A DNA stretch of 52,832 nucleotides, the filler included, from Bipalium vagum (lineage: Eukaryota), in the NCBI GenBank assembly GCA_037834085.1. It is 3 parts of 3 records of this genome, joined end to end, with 100 filler letters (N's around TTAATTAATTAA, not from the genome) between each part and the next. Parts side by side here need not be neighbours in the genome. Positions count along the whole stretch, not along the records: positions 1 to 16,934 come from JBBMKC010085400.1; 2 more parts are not named here. One strand, 5' to 3'. Below, in pieces: positions 1 through 13,239 of this stretch. The position numbers and the translations under genes were made by a program. Numbering within the stretch: position 1 is the first letter of the stretch; each line of letters opens with the position of its first letter. The notes below the pieces were generated by a model. It worked only from the letters and a program-made list of their open reading frames with translations, was not told the DNA's origin and did not search any database.

Positions 1-160
1 ATTTAAAGCAGTAAAACAAATTAATATAGAATATGAATCCTTATCATCTAAGCATCAATTTGGAATATCATATGATGGCATTCATACTTATTTTATATAC
101 AATAAAATCATTGAAAGTTACCTTTTATAAAACTCTAATTTATTTCCGAACAACCTAATA
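1..160 (+). mobile_element. 3' end of a decayed mariner-like element
   Basis: Ends in ...TTATTTCCGAACAACCTAATA (140-160), the reverse complement of a mariner-type TATTAGGTTG terminus. The preceding frame is only weakly transposase-like. Confidence 0.4.
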
Positions 161-161
161 C

Positions 162-945
162 AAGCATGCATAAAAATAAATTCATATGTTTGTAAGTGTA
201 TAGATGGTTTGTCTACACAGTTACAAGGGGCTCATCAACTTCCTCAATGGAAGTGTAAATAATAAAAGAACCAAAAATAAATAAAGCAATTAACAAAAAT
301 AAGGTATATTTGTTATCACAATTGCAAGGTTAGATCTTTTATACAAATTTTTATTCAAACACAATCAATAATTAATTAATTAATTACCTTCTTAATTTTT
401 GATAGTCGAAGAAGTCCTGTTAACAAAAAATATGTATTTTCCTGCCTAGACCAAAGCAGAATCAAGTTATTAAGAAAAAAATAAAAACGAATATAAGAAA
501 ATGTTAAAAAGTAAGTGATGAGAAAAATTCACTTCTATCACTAAATAAACGTTAATTAATTATTTTAATTTAACTCGATCGGTTAAACACTAAAAATAGT
601 GCAAATTCCTTATCTTTATTATTACCGGCTTCTTAATAGCTTTTTGAATAGATTACAAATCGTATTCTAATTGGTTAAGGGAATTTTGAATGTGAAAACC
701 AAAGTTTATATACTGTTTTCCAAAATTTTAAGCTTCACATTGGCTGTATTTTAACTTTCTAATAATAGAGATATCTGTAGGGGGTTGTTATTTCATACAA
801 GTTCTTACATACTTTTTATATTTAGAAATTCACCCACAGCTTTACTCCCAAATTATTTATTTATGGAAAGTTTTCCAATTCTTGGAATTTATTATTCATA
901 ATTAATCATGTGGGTTGCATTTTTTAATTAGTAGTTTCAACGCAC
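162..945. repeat. Left copy of a diverged ~0.8 kb repeat; inverted partner at ~50490-51370
   Basis: Exact reverse-complement blocks in collinear order: 296-320/51190-51214 (25 bp), 405-419/51080-51094, 569-591/50906-50928 (23 bp), 683-701/50788-50806, 903-916/50522-50535. Outer limits are approximate. Confidence 0.9.
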
Positions 946-946
946 A

Positions 947-2060
947 ATAGATATCCTAAGGCTAAAACTGGAAGAGTTTTTAACAAAAATGAAGAACAAC
1001 AGTTTTTTCATTTATTCAAAAATCAAAGATCAAAACGTACAGTTTTGAAAATCTTTTAATCTCCAGAAAATATATTTTTTCAAGCAACAGTAGCAAAAGA
1101 TTCGAAATTACATGTTTATAAAGATGGAAGTTATAATATAAATAATAAGACTTAAAAATGATATAATGATTGATACTAAAACTACATTTGATATTCAAAA
1201 AATAGTAAAATGTGATTTAAAAATTTTAAGAATATTCGATAGAGGAATCAAAGAATCACCAAAGAAGGATTATATTCTCGATTTTGCTAAAAGAAGAAAA
1301 GAATATAAAAAAAGATAATGAGGTAGGAAGAAATATGAAGAAGTTATTAGGAAGTGGTTTATATGGTGGTATAACTCAAAAGGATATTGAAAATGAAACT
1401 CATTTTTTCAATGAAAGTAATTTTAAAAATAAACAATAACAAAAAACTATGAACCATTGAACAATGGTCAATTTTATGTAAAAAAACAAAGAGGAAGAAA
1501 AGACGATTTAGTTTTAGACAAATCTAGTTCCCTTCCTTCACATTTAGATGCTTATTTCTAAAAGAATAATATATGATTTTATATTAGAAGTTGATGAATT
1601 TAAAGAGCCAATTATTTATTATACTAATACTGATTTAATCTATGTTTATAAAACAGTTTGAGATAAATTAGTTGAAGCTTATTTTGTTGATGTTAATAAA
1701 TATAGAAAAGGCAAAATCGATTATGGAGATGGTGGAATTATTTATGGATTGTTTTTAGCACCTAAAATAAAAGCATTTATTACAATATCAGTTGAAGGAA
1801 TAATTGAATTAAAGAAAAAATTTAAGGATTATCAAAAAAATAAAGTTGATATTGATAAATATTTAGACTTATACAATGGAATAGATTTTTCAAGTGATAT
1901 CTTCTACTCATCTTGGAAAAAATCATTAACAGATGGAGTAATTACTCCTTAAGAAAAATTTGAAAAATCCTTTAAGCATTATTTAAATTTATATAAAATA
2001 AGAAAACCAGATGATATCATGTTTCCATATAAAAATGAAAAAGAATACTAATTTTAGAAA
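947..2060 (+). pseudogene. Degenerate protein-primed DNA polymerase B (Polinton/adintovirus-like), polymerase domain
   Basis: Frameshifted peptides in order: RYPKAKTGRVF, IDTKTTFDIQKIVK, KKLLGSGLYGGITQKDIE (motif B, KLxxNSLYG-like), IIYYTNTDLIY (motif C, YxDTDS-like), GKIDYGDGGIIYGLFLAPKIK (ORF 1749-1952). Many stops. Confidence 0.8.
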
Positions 2061-3429
2061 ATGAAACAAATGAAAATACATTTAGACAATGGAGTGAAGA
2101 AAAAATTGAATTATTTAGATCGCGAATACGTTATGTTTTATGAAAATGAATAAGACTGCGAAAGTAATATTTTTAAAATGAAAATATAATAACTATACCA
2201 TAGGGATATTAATCAAAAATGGAGAACTAAAACTAAATACTAATTTTTATTAAAAAATAAATAATTGTAAATCTTATCACATAACCCATATTAAAATCAT
2301 AAAAATATTCCTGAAAATTAATTTTTAAATATAAATAATTTTTTTAAAAATGAGTGAAATAAATAAAAAGTATTTTGAGTTAAACAAAATATTGTATTGA
2401 AAATATATATTAAACTGAATCTTACTTTTGTATCATGAATATTAAAGACATGAAACTATATTGATGAACCGAACATATAACTGATATGAGACCCAGAGTT
2501 TTTTTAGTAAAAAGTTGCGTATCAAATCTGAGGTCAGTAATTGGTTAACACCATATTCAGAAAAAGTTTGTCTATTAAGATATAAAATAATTGATTTTAA
2601 TTTTGGGCTTATAAGTTAAATAATACTACTTATACGTGTTTATATGTAATCTTAATAAAAATTAAATAAATGAATTGATAAAATATAAATTATATTGCAT
2701 TCAACTATAAGTGTAAGGACGAATAGATTAGCAAAATGCAGATTAAATGCTTTGTTCACAATAATTTCTTCAAGATCAATAGCAAAGTGTGAGCAAACTA
2801 ACTATGATTGTTACAAATAAATTAAGTACTAAAAATTGTACATGTTATGCAAATGTGGCTCTAGATTTTAAGATTGGAAGAGCTAAGCCCAAGTGTTGGT
2901 CCTTACACCAGTCCAACAACAATTAAAGAAATTTGATAACGTTGTTTTCAATGCATCAATCAATAGCATTCTGACTTTATATGGACGAACACTGAAGAGG
3001 GTTTGGCTCTGATCAAGATATCCTAGCATGAAAACCTTTCAAATCTGATATTTATGATAAGAATTTTGTCCATGACCATATCTATAACAAAACAAAGGTA
3101 CTATTTTGAAAGAACTAATTCTATGAAAAAACAATCCTGATATTGGAAAAATAATAATATTCAAAATATTTTTTTAACTCCTAGGAAGAAAAGAATATAG
3201 AAGTCTGTGTCTAACTGTATTCTTAAGTTGTACAAACATGAAGACTTTGTCTAGAGAATACTATTGTTATTATTCTTTTCTAGTTACCGATGAACTGAGT
3301 TTATTAAAAGTACAATTTGTATAAACAGGCTAATATTTTTTTATTATGAAAACATTAAAAAACGAACTATAGCTAATAATTTTAAAACCAAATTATAAAT
3401 ATCAAGGCAATGAAACTGCATACATTATT

Positions 3430-3932
3430 AACAATATTACTGTATAAATTTTATTGGATATTACTGATAATTTTTATTAACACTAATAAAATATTCGAAG
3501 TATCACAGTAATTACTGCAAGTGTATATATTTCGATATATATTTATATAATATATTTAGATGGAATAATTAATCCAGTATCAATTCATCAGGACGGTTAT
3601 TTCCGTTTATTAATCATTCTGAATCCATTATAACATATTTACTCTCCCTATAAATGTCATTTATTATGGTATGTTAATTAATTTCATATATTGGGCCTCT
3701 AGCCTCATATTCAGTGATAAATCGTGTCCGATTAGCTTTCAAATGGAACAATATTGGCTTTATTCTATCATTTAGTTATTTTCATTATTAGTATTGCCTG
3801 ATACATATAAATTCAGTGATTATAAAAATAAAATAATATAAAAAACAATATAGTGTATGCAAACAGTGACAGATTTACGTATAAAATTATCAGTAATATA
3901 TTTTGAAACATATTCGCTGTAATATTACTGTT
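3430..3932. mobile_element. Candidate MITE (non-coding, subterminal inverted repeats)
   Basis: ATATTACTGATAATTTTTAT (~3459-3478) is near-inverted to ATAAAATTATCAGTAATAT (3881-3899), with a weaker outer AATATTAC match. No ORF. Confidence 0.4.
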
Positions 3933-4089
3933 TTATTTGAATTTTCATTTTTTTTAATTTAGAAATTTAATAAAAAGTTCAATATAAATTATTTTATTCA
4001 AGGATCAAATATTTATGATACTTAATTATTTTATTGAAATCCCTCTTCTTTTTATTTTAGAAATTGGTTAATATGAAGGTATATTTTTA

Positions 4090-4785
4090 TACTAATAAGC
4101 TGTCGGAAAGTTCCTGACCTTGACCATTGACAAGGCTGAGTAAAAATTTATATGCTTATTTTAAAGAACAATCTTCTGAATTAATAAATATAAAATTTTA
4201 TTGATTTTGGTAAATTGTTTTATACAATTAATGTAAATGTTTTTAATAGCTGAATTTTTGAAAATGAATAAATACGAATTTAGGATATTAATGAAACATA
4301 ACTTTATGAAAGGGAAAAACACTATGGAAACCAATGCAAGTTTGGATAAGCATTATAGGCAATCAGCATCATAGTTTTTCACTATTAAAACTTGGTATTC
4401 AGATTTCATGCGAGGTCGCATATGCACTAAAGATGAATGTTGTAGTGTTCGTCCAATTGAGGGAAAAACTGACCAAAATACCAGGCTAATATATAAAATA
4501 ATAATGGTAGATCGAAAAATAAAGATTAGACGGATTTCTGAGGTTATGGGCATTTCAAAATACAGTGTATGGCGTACAATACATGAAAAATTACAAATTT
4601 AATAAGGTGATTGCAAAATGGATACCACGTTCATTAATTATTGATCAAAAGTAGCATCGTGGCACTGATTCAAAAAAATCCAAATGACTCTGCGCCGATA
4701 CGTCATGTTTATTAAAATAAATGCTTTTGCTTGAATTCATTTTTCTTTCTTGACTAGATCAAGAAATTTTAAGAACAACCTAGTA
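4090..4785 (+). mobile_element. Internally deleted mariner, Himar1/irritans-like
   Basis: From 4264: MNKYEFRILMKHNFMKGKNTMET..IKTWYSDFMRGRICTKDECCSVRPIEGKTDQN..IMVDRKIKIRRISEVMGISK, then KVIAKWIPRSLIIDQK (WVPREL-type motif). Catalytic domain missing. Imperfect TIRs at ~4090-4125 and ~4752-4785. Confidence 0.85.
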
Positions 4786-5859
4786 ATAGGAAAATTTTTA
4801 AGGTAAAATAAATTCTCTTAAGTCACTAAAATTTAATGAATAGCTTACTTAGGTTAATTACAAACACGGTTATGGCATAAATTTATAACAAGAATTTATT
4901 ATTTTAAAAGGTTTGGGAATTTTAATTCAAAACTGTTTCATACTGAATTCACTGCTTGAAACAATTTTTTGTTGAAGATAAATAAATAAAAAATTTTTAA
5001 GAAAAAAATATTTTATTTAATAAAATTTAACTATTTTTTACAGTATGATTTTTGTTTCATTATTCACAAAGATGATAATTTTTTACAATAATGAAAATAT
5101 TAAATAACAATGAAAGTATTTTGATTGATGCACTCCATATTTTAACAAATTATTTAATTTATGATTTTAAACAATTAATTGTCAAAAAATCAGTAAATTA
5201 TATATTTTTTCTTTCTTAGAAAAAATTATAAACCAGAATATAAAATATTATAATTTGAATTTAACGACAAAGCTTTGGTAAACCTCTCATCTTCATAATG
5301 TTTGACATTATCGATTTCTAAATATTTTATTCTCACTTTTTAAAACTCTAAAATATTTTTAATATCTAATGAAAAAGAAAGAAATTAAAATAAATCTATT
5401 TAGTTTTAGATAAGATCAACCATATGATTTTTAAAAGGTTCATTTAAGCAAATTTAGAATTGCTAATAGAGTAATTTGAAATCCAAAATGGAAGTAAGCT
5501 AGCAGTAATATTTTTGATTATAATGATAAAAGTAATAATGATACCATTATTATATTTAGGAAATCGAAAAAAATCTTAAAATATTTATAAATCAAGTCAA
5601 AAATCAAATCAAATAAAATGATAGAACATAAAAAATATTCACTTAATAATCTTAAAAGATTGAAACAATTCATTTATAAAAAATATCATTAACCATAGTA
5701 ATTCGATTAATAATATTGAACCTCCTAAAGTTCTAGGATTATACACTCAGGCACACAAGTGACTTTCATATCAAGAAATTGAAGAATAAAGTTGTTTGAA
5801 AACTTGAATTTTTTTTAGAGATTTATAATATTTAACTCTTGGTTATTTATGTGGAAATA

Positions 5860-7017
5860 TATACGATAGAGCAATGGATAAAAATCATCGAATTTTAACC
5901 AAAACAGGTGTTCTATTATTTTAACACAATATGGATTTATAAAATATTTCAAACTCCGAAAACTATCAACAAAATCAGGAATATGTAACCTGGTCAAGTG
6001 TTTCCAACAACAGAGTTATGTTGGGGATTTAGGACGACCCTGGAAACCAATTTCAGTACGTTTTCCAAAAAATGTTGTTTGTCTATAGGAAAGTATTTTG
6101 GAAAAGCCTCGATTATCAACAAATAGGAGTTTCAAGATCTTTTTGCAGCGCACACTAAGAGACTTAAATAAGCACCCTTACAAAATCCAAATGGTTCAAA
6201 GATCATTATCAATAATAATAAGCAACACATAAACTACAAAATTTCAATTCAAAATATTGACAGAAAAAGCATCAAATTTATTGACAAATTACTTATGGAA
6301 ATTAATCGCATTTTCATATGAATGGGTATGTCAATACAAATATAAGATTTTGGGCTACCGGGAATCTGGTGGTGATCCATTCACATAAATCATATCCTCT
6401 TATTATAGAATTGCTATAGAAGCTTTTTAGAACGCTAATAATTTTGCAAAATTCAAATTTCCAATGGCCTAGAAGCTAATCTGACTCAACAGAACCAGAT
6501 GTTGTCCTTTGCGGCTACCTGAAGGACCGGGTGTATGACAACAAACCAAGATTTTTCTCAAAGCTTAACCCTTTCGCTGCTCCACACGTATATATTCGCA
6601 AAAAAAACTTGTGTATCATACGCTCCCGACGAATATTTTCGCGCTTAGTTTTAAATTAGTTAGCTGCTCAATACGACTATTTTTACTATGTATTATTCAT
6701 GTTTTCTGCTCTATACGATTATTTTTGCTGTTTAACCCTTTCGCTGCTCCACACAGCGAAATGCGCACAGCAGGCACAAAATCTCAAAACGAATTGCGCA
6801 GCGAAAAGGTTAAGAATAACATTCAAGCAAAACTTCAGGAGCTATATCCACAATTTTTAAGAACTATCATGGAAATGTTTTAAAGAGACGAATAGTAGGG
6901 ATTATTTATGTAATATCATTTTCATAAATAGTTACTAAGAACCCGTAGTAGTTTATTAAAAGACAAAAATTTTATTCAATTTTTAAATGGGAAAGTAACC
7001 TACGAGCCCCACCGTAT
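5860..7017 (+). mobile_element. Degenerate rosa/DD41D-like (DUF4817-type) Tc1/mariner element, interrupted by a MITE
   Basis: Peptides HPYKIQMVQRSL, HMNGYVNTNIRFWA, WPRS..VLCGYLKDRVYDNKPR and, after the insert, KNNIQAKLQELYPQFLRTIMEMF. The end resembles CACCCTGTA (CACCGTATA, ~7010-7018). 5' boundary approximate. Confidence 0.75.
6569..6809. mobile_element. piggyBac-type MITE with TTAA target-site duplication
   Basis: TTAA (6565-6568) + CCCTTTCGCTGC ... GCAGCGAAAAGG + TTAA (6810-6813). Removing it restores the host transposase frame (K-L-K-N-N-I). A second TTAACCCTTTCGCTGCTCCACAC starts at 6732. Confidence 0.85.
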
Positions 7018-7518
7018 ATATGAATGTGGTAAACTTGAAATTTTATATTTTACAAGCATGTAATACTCAATTAAAATTTTAATTTCTTCTGGTATGGATA
7101 CAGAATACTATTTTACTCAAAATAAAATAAAAATATTTTTCAAATTCAAGAATCACATCAGGAAAATTTAATTAACCAAATAAAGTTTGAATAATTTTTA
7201 TTTATTATATTTACATAATGTAAACAAAGGCGTAGAAATTTTTAAAATTCGAGACATTTTTATGATGATCAAGTTTAAGGAAATTAAAAATGTTGAAAAT
7301 TTAAACACAAAATTGCTTTTAAAATTAATTTAATGTTGATATAAATAATGTTTTCAAAATTTTTATAAATGACACTTTTCAATAGTGATCTTAGAATTTT
7401 TTAAATATCATGAAGTTCTGAAGTTTTGAGAGACAAATATTGGTGATATTTTGATAAAAATTATTTTTATTTTTTAGAAAATAAGAAATGTATTAATAAA
7501 AAGTGTATATTTAAGAAC

Positions 7519-7770
7519 TATGAGGGTGGGATGAAAAATTCTCGGCTTAACAAAGAAATTCGATTAAATAAAATGGATTTTATTTTTGAAAAATACAACA
7601 ATCAATGTAATTGCATTATGATCATCAGCTAATTTCATTTCATAGTTTTGTTTTAACAATTGTCTGAATTGAACAATTACCACAATTTTCAAAAAATGAA
7701 ACATCAAGTTGTGATTAAGTATTTAATTCTGAAAAGCTTAACTTTAACCAAGATTAAAATTGAAAATCCG
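7519..7770 (+). mobile_element. mariner 5' fragment
   Basis: TATGAGGGTGGGATGAAAAATTCTCGGCTT TIR-like start, then HQVVIKYLILKSLTLTKIKIE (transposase N-terminus-like). Confidence 0.5.
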
Positions 7771-10324
7771 TAATCTGGGATCTTAAACATTTAATATTTT
7801 TAATGCTTTTTTTAAACGTTCTCATGAAATATATCTATCATTTTCTTCTTTTACATAAAATATCAAAACTGTCATCTTCTATGCTACTACTTCAAACTGT
7901 ATCCAAGAAATATAAAAATTCCATTCCCCAATCAATTTCTGAGTAATATTATTAATAATGTTTACCACTAAAAGATTTATTACATTTTTATCTTGGCAAA
8001 ATCTGATTTCTACGTCTTTCGTCTTCCTTCTCTTTGAAAACTGTAATTACATTACATTAATATAAATTTATAAATAAATAAAAACATATTAATATTAAAA
8101 ATGATTAAAAATAAATAAATTTTTTAATATATGGTAATGTTAGAATATTAAAAATTTAAAACAAAGAAGGAAACTGTTTCAGGAAAATAAAATAAAATTT
8201 ATTTGGATAATTTACTTTTATTATTCATAATCAAAATTTAGATTTAATTAATTTTATATTATTAATATACGTTTTACTTTGGAAAATATTTGACATTTCT
8301 ATTTAAAATCAAGCAGTGCAACTATTAGAAATTTTAAATTATTGTTCCATTTCATTAGTATTATTCCTGTCACATTTCAGTTATCTATTTTTTCCAGTTT
8401 CCTTTAAAATGGCAAAATTAATAAATAGTTCAACTGAAGATTTTACCAACAAAGCAACAATTTCATTTGATTAAATTTAAATTATCACTTATTTAAATAT
8501 AAATATAAAAATAATTATTTATTCATAAATTACCAAATATTTTTCTGAATAATTTAATATTATTAAAAATCAGAGTTTATTATTATATTAACTATAATTT
8601 TAAAGATAGTTTTTATCAGTCTCATGATTTTAATATTTAGTTAAATATTTTCTTTATTCTTGATACGGACAAACCTCTAGATACTAAACCTTTTCATTAA
8701 GTGTAAATTTTCATAACTTTACAAGTTTTCCCATCTCATATAATAATATGAAGATTACTGTCGATTAATTTCAAAATAATTTTATTATTCAGTATATAAT
8801 CCCTCAAGATCAATACATTCATTCCAAAAGTAATTTTCCAAAAGATTTTCAAAATAACCCTTTACAATGCTATGACTTCAGTTTTTTGGTACAAGTTATC
8901 CACGATGAAATTTGTATGAATTGGGAATAAATGGAAATCTGAAAATCCACATTTTGTGATTATGATGGATTCGCTGAATTTTATTGGTCTAACTACTTAC
9001 AAAGTACCTGTGTACAAAGTTATACTTGAATTTTAGGTTACCAACTTCATCTCAGGAATCGTATATAATAGAAGAATAAATGACCTAATAAATAATGAAA
9101 TCAATTTACTAAGTTAATAAGATTACGGTAATATTATTATGTAACGTGAATAATCATGAAAATTGAAAGCTTAATTTCGTCTTAAATTGAAAATATTTAA
9201 AAATTAAAAATAATATATATAAATAAAAAATATATTAAATATTTTTCAAATAATAATAAATAATATAAATACTTCATAGTTTTCTAAATATTTAATTATT
9301 ACATATTTAAGAATTTTTAAATTCTTTCTCCCGTGTTCAAAGAGTAAAATCGATATCTGAAAGAAATTCTTCAACAAAATTTAAAAATTAATATTCGAAA
9401 TGAAATTTAATTATTGCTGTGGATCATGTCACTTTAAATCCATCGGTCTATTGACTAGCAAATGAAAAAAATTATTGTTCAGTCCTATGTGTTCTGAGAA
9501 TTATCATAAGGGACAAGACTGGCATTTCTCTTGAGTCGGCCATGTTATCAAAAAAGCCAGAAAATGTCATTACAGATTCCAATCAATTCTTTAAACTTGA
9601 AACTTATTTGTTCTGCTATGTAACTTGTACTTTTTGAAAGAAATTTTTAGGTAAAATTGAAAAATTCACAACGCTATTTCATTCTCGATTTTACAATTCA
9701 TTTCATATAATTTTTATAATTTTTTTATAATTTCATTATATATAAAAATTTTTTCATGATTAAAACTTTTGTTCAATCTATTTCTTGTTACCACTGAATT
9801 TAAAAATTGATTATCGCATCAAATGATGAGATAACAATTATTCAATTATTTATTTATTTACATTTATGAAGAGAATATTTTAAAAGTACTAATGTAGAAT
9901 CTTAAGGTTTTCAAATGGTAACAACTTACAGTTACTGACAAAAAACTATAAACTCTTTCTAACTTGCAAATGTGGCCCTTTATTTTGGAGATTGTGAACA
10001 AAATTATGAAAAGTTATTGTCTTACCGCAAGATTTTTAAAGGATTAATTTATTTTGGACCTCGAATTGTTTTATTAAGCTAATCTAATTCCTAATAATAT
10101 TTAATTATCTTATGAATTCTTATAATTATCAATTTGCTAAGAAAATAGTTTCGTTTTTCTAAAAGACAGTGTATTATTGAAAATATCAGAACACAGGAAA
10201 CTATTTATTCAAAATAGGATTGATGATAAGCAGCACACTTCTTTCAACATGAAAAAAGCTTATTTATTCCAGTGTTGCATAAGTTCGAAGAAGACTTCCA
10301 CAATTAATATAAACTACTAATAAT

Positions 10325-10800
10325 ATTAGGTTGTTAAATTATAAATATTCGTTTTTTAAACTAAAATGGCTATACCGAAAACAACAAATGTTTATGTTGA
10401 TCTAAAAGACAGTTTTTACCAATGACAATGATTTTTCGCCATCATACAAGAACAGAACAAATGCCATTCTAGAATAACTCACTTATATGAAATAGGCAGT
10501 CTCCGAACACCAAAAAATTAGGACTATATGATAGATGAAGCAGAATTTTCCAAAATTTTTTCCTGAAAAAGTTTTTTTACATGTGGTCAAGCGTTGTATT
10601 GTATGGCATTAATTTTTGTTCGATCTACTCTCTGTAATTGGAGTGTCTGATGTACAAAGTCTATTTCTGTTCCATCACATATACGGTATCGCTTTCACCC
10701 CATGTAATTTTGGTTTTGAAGTCGGAATTGGTCTTTCACCAGAGCTAGACCACTGCCGTTTTCTGTATGGATTTGAAAGAAAAGATAAAATTATAATATT
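10325..10800 (-). mobile_element. Decayed mariner, 3' part
   Basis: Minus strand YRKRQWSSSGERPIPTSKPKLHGVKAI, followed by degenerate DNARPH- and YSPD-like segments. TATTAGGTTG terminus at ~10325. Confidence 0.65.
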
Positions 10801-11320
10801 CAGTATTAAAATTGTGTAATTTCATAGTGCAGATATTTTATTTTTGGTTTAAGTTTCTTTATAAAATTTTTCTTACTATTCTCAAATTATCTTTTAATAT
10901 ATATTTTTTAATTAAATTTTACCTATATAACTATTAATTCGAAATTTTCCCCAATAATATCTGGAAAAATATTTGAAAAATTAACAAGATTTTTTTCTCA
11001 GATTCTAATGAATTATTTATTGCATTATAATGCAGAAAAATTCAGAAATAGAAAAATGTCTACACTATAAAATGAAAGAAATATTATTGAATGACTTTTC
11101 AATTAATTTTATAATAATTATTTGAAAGGAGAATGGGATGTATCTTTCTTATTAAATATATTTGTGAATTATATTATTTATCTAGATTAATAGAACAGAT
11201 TTACACAAAAAATAATGTCTGTAGGAAGAATTATGTCACAGTTATAATAGATTATATTCATTTTTTCAAATAATTTTCTAGAGATAATTTTGATAATTAT
11301 TAAATGTTATTAAATATTTA

Positions 11321-12447
11321 TTATGCCTAGTAATAAGTAATCTAAATTTTTATTAATGTAAGCATTACAATTGTTTTTAAAAAATCAATTTAAAATTTAT
11401 TTTCAAATCAAATATTCAAATGACAAATAGTTGTGAAAATAATAAAGCAAAAAAAAAATAATAAAGCAAATATACATTCGGTATTGTATCTTACATTAAT
11501 TTAAACAATGCAAAAAATGTAACAAGAGTATATGAATAAATTTCCTTTGTTCTTGACAAAGAAGTAGCAACATCTAACGTGCGCGCTTTTTCATTCAAAT
11601 GTTTCAAAGAAGGTGATTTTAGTATCATAGACAGACGAGGTTCAGATACTTCTAGAACATGCACCAATGAAGATCTGGAACAGCTGCTGAACGATAATGC
11701 AGCACAGAAATAGATGGAGGATTAAACGCAATTTGGACTTTCTCAGAAAACTGTTTTCAATCACTTATATGAAATGGGCAAGATCCAGAAAAAGGATTAT
11801 GTTTCCAATATAATCTTAGCCAATCCAACAAAAATCAACGTTTGACATTGTCTTTCACTTCTCAATAGACACTGTAAAAAAGCGTTTTTGTAGAAAACCT
11901 TTACGAGAAACAAAAAATGGATTCATTATGAAAATCCAAAATTTAGAAAGTCATGAGTAAACTCTAGAGACCATAAAAATCGGTTGTAAATCCCAATTGT
12001 TTTAGACATAAAGGGGGTATAAAAGGAGTGCTACATTACTGTTGAAATCTGATCGATTGCTATCATGATCAGTTATTCATTGAGACATAATTTGGAGTTG
12101 AAACGTCCATATTCTTGCAAAGGAAAATGTCTTGCTAATGACATACATGACATATTTCTTCAAAACAAACACCCGACATTGCCCCAACTGATTTTAGTTT
12201 ATTCTTGTCAATGCAGAAAATCTTGTACCATACAGTCTTCAAATACTGGATGAAATTCAAAAATGGCTTGAGGATTTTATCGAGTCTAAGCAGGTAAAAT
12301 GTTTTCGAGATTGAATTCAACAACTGCCTGTAAGATGGCTCTAAGTGATCAATAACAATGATAAATAATTTGACTGAAAATGCTATATTTTTAAAAATAA
12401 ATTTTGAAGATTGGTTAAAAATTTAGATTATTTATTACTAGACCTAA
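11321..12447 (+). mobile_element. Decayed near-full-length mariner (Mos1/mauritiana-like)
   Basis: ~30-bp TIRs (TTATGCCTAGTAATAAGTAATCTAAATTTT vs TTAGGTCTAGTAATAAATAATCTAAATTTT on the minus strand) flanked by TA. Peptides FKEGDFSIIDRRGS..NEDLEQLLNDN, HLYEMGKIQKK, KKWIHYENPKFRKS. Confidence 0.85.
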
Positions 12448-12549
12448 TATTAGATTTATTTTTTAGATTGTGTCACGTGAAATGTCCGATTACATGATAA
12501 CTAAAAAAACACGTTTAATAAGATTATTTTATTAAAATATAATAGTTAC

Positions 12550-13020
12550 CATTGCATTCACAAACGAGTTACCGGGTTTTGAATAGAATTTATATAAAAA
12601 TATGGTTTTCTAGAAGTGATAAGGTCGACGAAGTGGGATTCTGTATTAGCATATCAAAATATCGTGGAAGATCTCGAATAGGTTTTCCTGCTGATCTGCG
12701 TTTAGGCAAATTAGATCAAGAAATGTTTCAGTATGTTGTAATATGAATAGAATGGCATAATTCATTTCAAAATACAAACAAGTTCATTAAATTCCGAATA
12801 CTCTCTGGAATTATGAAGATTTTAATATCTATGCTGAGTGAATGAATTTGACGGATGCTGTCTGATTATGGATAATTTTGCCTTCTATAAAGGCAAAGAT
12901 ATAACCACTTTCGTTGAAAGCGAAGGTGTCAGGTATAGTTTTCTACCACCGTATTCAATATTTATTTAATTATTATAACAAATATTTAAACAAATATGAA
13001 ATTGCGATCTTTTAATGAGT
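12550..13020 (+). mobile_element. IS630-like Tc1/mariner (DDE_3-type) transposase remnant
   Basis: VDEVGFCISISKYRGRSRIGFPA (first D) and LIMDNFAFYKGKDITTFVESEGVRYSFLPPYS (second D). Homologous to 21020-21830. Confidence 0.7.
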
Positions 13021-13239
13021 ATTCCAAAATACAATTGAAATACTATTTCTGTATCTATGCTATAAAAGATTTGCAAAAATTAGCTACTGAAATTAGACAT
13101 TTTTTTGACAAAACACAATATTAGGTTGAACAAATATCAAGTAAATTAATAATAATACTGTTTAAAAATTAAAACAATATCTGTGTTACGTGGTACTATT
13201 AAGAAATAATTAAAAAACTGAAGTCAGAAAATTGTAATA

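Noticed and set aside
400-945. Mitochondrial rRNA or protein NUMT (GTCGAAGAAGTCCT resembles 16S GACGAGAAGACCCT; shared TGA codons in a hydrophobic frame)
   Set aside because: No other conserved 16S blocks or recognisable mitochondrial protein motifs. Not supported by eye, though not excluded.
2700-3300. Possible hAT dimerisation-domain remnant
   Set aside because: Only vague similarity; the ERxFS motif is not recoverable.
5100-5800. A-rich coding-like stretch, possibly viral
   Set aside because: No continuous frame or recognisable motif.
6611-6883. 90-aa ORF as a gene
   Set aside because: Chimeric read-through of MITE sequence into the tail of a dead transposase.
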